Origin: Diplonema japonicum
Taxonomy: Eukaryota; Protista; Euglenozoa: Diplonemea
NCBI GenBank assembly: GCA_964019335.1
Contig: OZ025667.1
Location: 372,001 to 436,000 of the forward strand
Direction: 5' to 3'
DNA length: 64,000 bases
In this document: piece by piece, positions 62,008-64,000 of the stretch
Layout of the letters: the number at the start of each line of letters is the position of its first letter
Position numbering within the stretch: the stretch's first letter is position 1
Notes under the pieces: model-generated
The model's input: the letters and a program-made list of their open reading frames with translations, nothing else
Database searches by the model: none
What the model was told of the DNA's origin: nothing
Position numbers and translations under genes: made by a program

Positions 62008-63882
62008 TCATGAGGAAAGTGAATAATAACCGATACGGTGGACTAACGGGGTTTTGATGGGGTGGCCCTTTGCACTGCCGTGTAGGATGTCAAGACACCT
62101 CTTGCATATGTACGAAGCCACAGCCACGTGTTGGCTGTTGGACATCAAGAATTCAGCACAGTTTCCCATGCACAACTCACATTTCACAACTGGGATCGGA
62201 GCAGTGAAGAGACACCGCGGCATCGGTATTGCTGTGTCTAGATCCTGCGACAGCCGCACAACTTGCATTCTGTGGTCACATTTCCCATGGTGTCGATAGA
62301 GCAGGGTCTCGCCGAGACCAACCTTGAGCTCGCTCCAGCAGCTGCTCAAGGCTGCTCTGTTCTTTTCCTGCCACTTACTACTGCTGGCTATAATTGGTGC
62401 AACGTAGTCAACACAGCCTTCTTCTTCATTCGAGTAAAAAGTGTTGCCAGCATAAAGGAAGCCAGTAGCATCTCTCCCGTGGACCGTCTCCTGCATATCT
62501 CTCAATGGACAGCTGAGTGTGCGTAACAGTATTTTCAACTCTTGATTAGACCTTGCTTCATAAACTCGCGCCACCTTACCAGTCACTTGACAATAGACGG
62601 CAATCTCTAAGATGAACGCCGTCGGCGCATTATCTTCAGCGCATTTTAAGTATTCCGTCGCAGCAGGCAAGGGATGGACAGGCAAGGGATGGACACCTGC
62701 AAAGGTGGCCATTTTTGTCATGTTAGACTTTTGCTTATGGACTTCGAGGACGGCCTCCACGGTCGGTGTTGGGAACTTTTTGTACTGCCATTCATAGAAC
62801 GTATGCCCTGTTTTCTGTGCATTTAAAGCTTTGCTTTGCTTGTCCGATAGCCGCTGCTCTGCGAGATAGTCCTCTCCTGTCGCAGGCACAAGTACTGGGG
62901 TCATGACATCTAAGATATCTTGTACTTCTTCGTCATCCGTCACAAAGTCTTGAAGGTTGATACCATCCGTGAGTTCGTTCCAGTAAGCTGCCAATGTATG
63001 TGTTTCCTCAAAAGAAGGAAATGCAGTAGCTGGCTCGTCCGAGTGTGCGAGCAAAGGTGAGGGAAGGCCAGGTGATCGCAGTGCCTCATGAGGTACCCTT
63101 GCCATGGCGGCGAGCGGAGATCCGATTGGACCAAGCAACCCATTCATACCCACAGCAGGCGAGGGAAGAACAGGCGCTTCTCCTGGGGATGCAAGTGGTT
63201 CATGCGCTGGTGAATTGAATGCAGGTGGTAATTGTGGAGCGCCTGTATTAGGCGATCCTATGGTGCCAACAGGTGGCTCTTCACCTGTGGTAGGTGATCC
63301 GATCGCATCGCAAGGTGTAGCAACAGATGGCCCCAGCGGGGATGCAAGTGGTGAAGTAAGAGCAGGTGGGTCAAGAGCTGTACCTGTGGCATCCTGGTGA
63401 AACGGTAGGTCATCAGAATCATCGGCTGATAGCTCGTCCACTGATGAGTCATCACTCAAGTCTCCAAAGAACTGCTGGGCGAATTCCCGCCCTACGGGTG
63501 TCAACTCCTCTTGCAGCTCTTGCTGCACAGCTGGGGTTGCTGGAAGCTCCGGGGGCATTTGTGGTAGAGGAGTCTGCGCGCTGCTCACTCTGCGTGTGGG
63601 CCGCCTCCTTGCTGTTGATTTGGTCAACGGGGCAGGTTGAGTCACTTCCTGAGGAGTTAATTCTGCTTCTTGCATCTCTTGTGTAACTATCACTTCAGCC
63701 CTTTCAGGCGTGGAAGCCTTAACTACCTTCCTCCTCTTGACCACTGGCTGTGTCACATCTTCAGCGGTGTCAACGGCCGTACCGTCATGAACAATGTCAT
63801 CCTCTTCCTCCCTATCTTCTTTGAGCAGTGCTTCTAAACGACAGAATACACCCCCGTTCCTGCTGTCGTCATCTTCTTGCAT
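62008..63882 (-). CDS. SNAPC3: snRNA-activating protein complex subunit 3 (SNAP50) homolog with long acidic/Pro-rich N-terminus
   Basis: GFLYAGNTFY, LKVGLGETLLYRHHGKCDH, CELC..ICKRCLDILH match the SNAP50 C-terminal zinc-finger region; start codon uncertain (63882 or 63924). Confidence 0.75.
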   Translation of the reverse strand: MQEDDDSRNGGVFCRLEALLKEDREEEDDIVHDGTAVDTAEDVTQPVVKRRKVVKASTPERAEVIVTQEMQEAELTPQEVTQPAPLTKSTARRRPTRRVSSAQTPLPQMPPELPATPAVQQELQEELTPVGREFAQQFFGDLSDDSSVDELSADDSDDLPFHQDATGTALDPPALTSPLASPLGPSVATPCDAIGSPTTGEEPPVGTIGSPNTGAPQLPPAFNSPAHEPLASPGEAPVLPSPAVGMNGLLGPIGSPLAAMARVPHEALRSPGLPSPLLAHSDEPATAFPSFEETHTLAAYWNELTDGINLQDFVTDDEEVQDILDVMTPVLVPATGEDYLAEQRLSDKQSKALNAQKTGHTFYEWQYKKFPTPTVEAVLEVHKQKSNMTKMATFAGVHPLPVHPLPAATEYLKCAEDNAPTAFILEIAVYCQVTGKVARVYEARSNQELKILLRTLSCPLRDMQETVHGRDATGFLYAGNTFYSNEEEGCVDYVAPIIASSSKWQEKNRAALSSCWSELKVGLGETLLYRHHGKCDHRMQVVRLSQDLDTAIPMPRCLFTAPIPVVKCELCMGNCAEFLMSNSQHVAVASYICKRCLDILHGSAKGHPIKTPLVHRIGYYSLSS

Positions 63883-64000
63883 CTCAAACTGAGTGGTTAA
63901 ATTAGGGACATAGGGACATAGCATCGAAATAGACTAAGTAGTGTAAACAGCCTAATACTAAAGATCAATTATAATATAGTACACGTGTTGCAGTGTTTTT

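Noticed and set aside
62008-63882. Functional link between SNAP50/PRP28/PTB genes and the SL copies
   Set aside because: Genes in euglenozoan polycistronic clusters are generally not grouped by function, they are tens of kb away, and SNAP50 lies across the gap.

Overview
Eukaryotic genomic DNA, very probably from a diplonemid (Euglenozoa). The evidence is co-oriented gene clusters with tiny intergenic gaps, 30-45 nt GT-AG introns and genomic copies of a euglenozoan-type spliced-leader (SL) exon. From 1 to 21.3 kb is a compact + strand cluster: ARP1, PRP28/DDX23, RasGEF, SMYD-type SET protein, MetAP2, proteasome beta-2, FSH1 hydrolase, PTB/hnRNP-L-like protein, ACBP, SAR1, a LamG/Ser-Thr/multi-TM surface protein and PIG-X. 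From 21.4 to 29.5 kb is a repeat and mobile-element-rich zone. It contains DNA-transposon remnants, an orphan 806-aa ORF and the most unusual feature, two head-to-tail modules of the form [SL exon]-[shared GC-rich leader]-[body]-(GCAAACCC)n. The longer module encodes an AlkB-family dioxygenase, and both look like reverse-transcribed, trans-spliced RNAs joined to an octamer repeat. A 200-N gap follows (29538-29737). From 29.7 to 58.3 kb is a near-identical ~9.12 kb tandem array (3 full copies plus 1 partial) of an intronless 2406-aa secreted protein ending in two GH18 chitinase-like domains that lack the catalytic Glu. From 58.4 to 64 kb is a compact - strand cluster (carbohydrate sulfotransferase, DNALI1/p28, SNAP50). 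All family calls come from visual motif recognition; no database searches were run.
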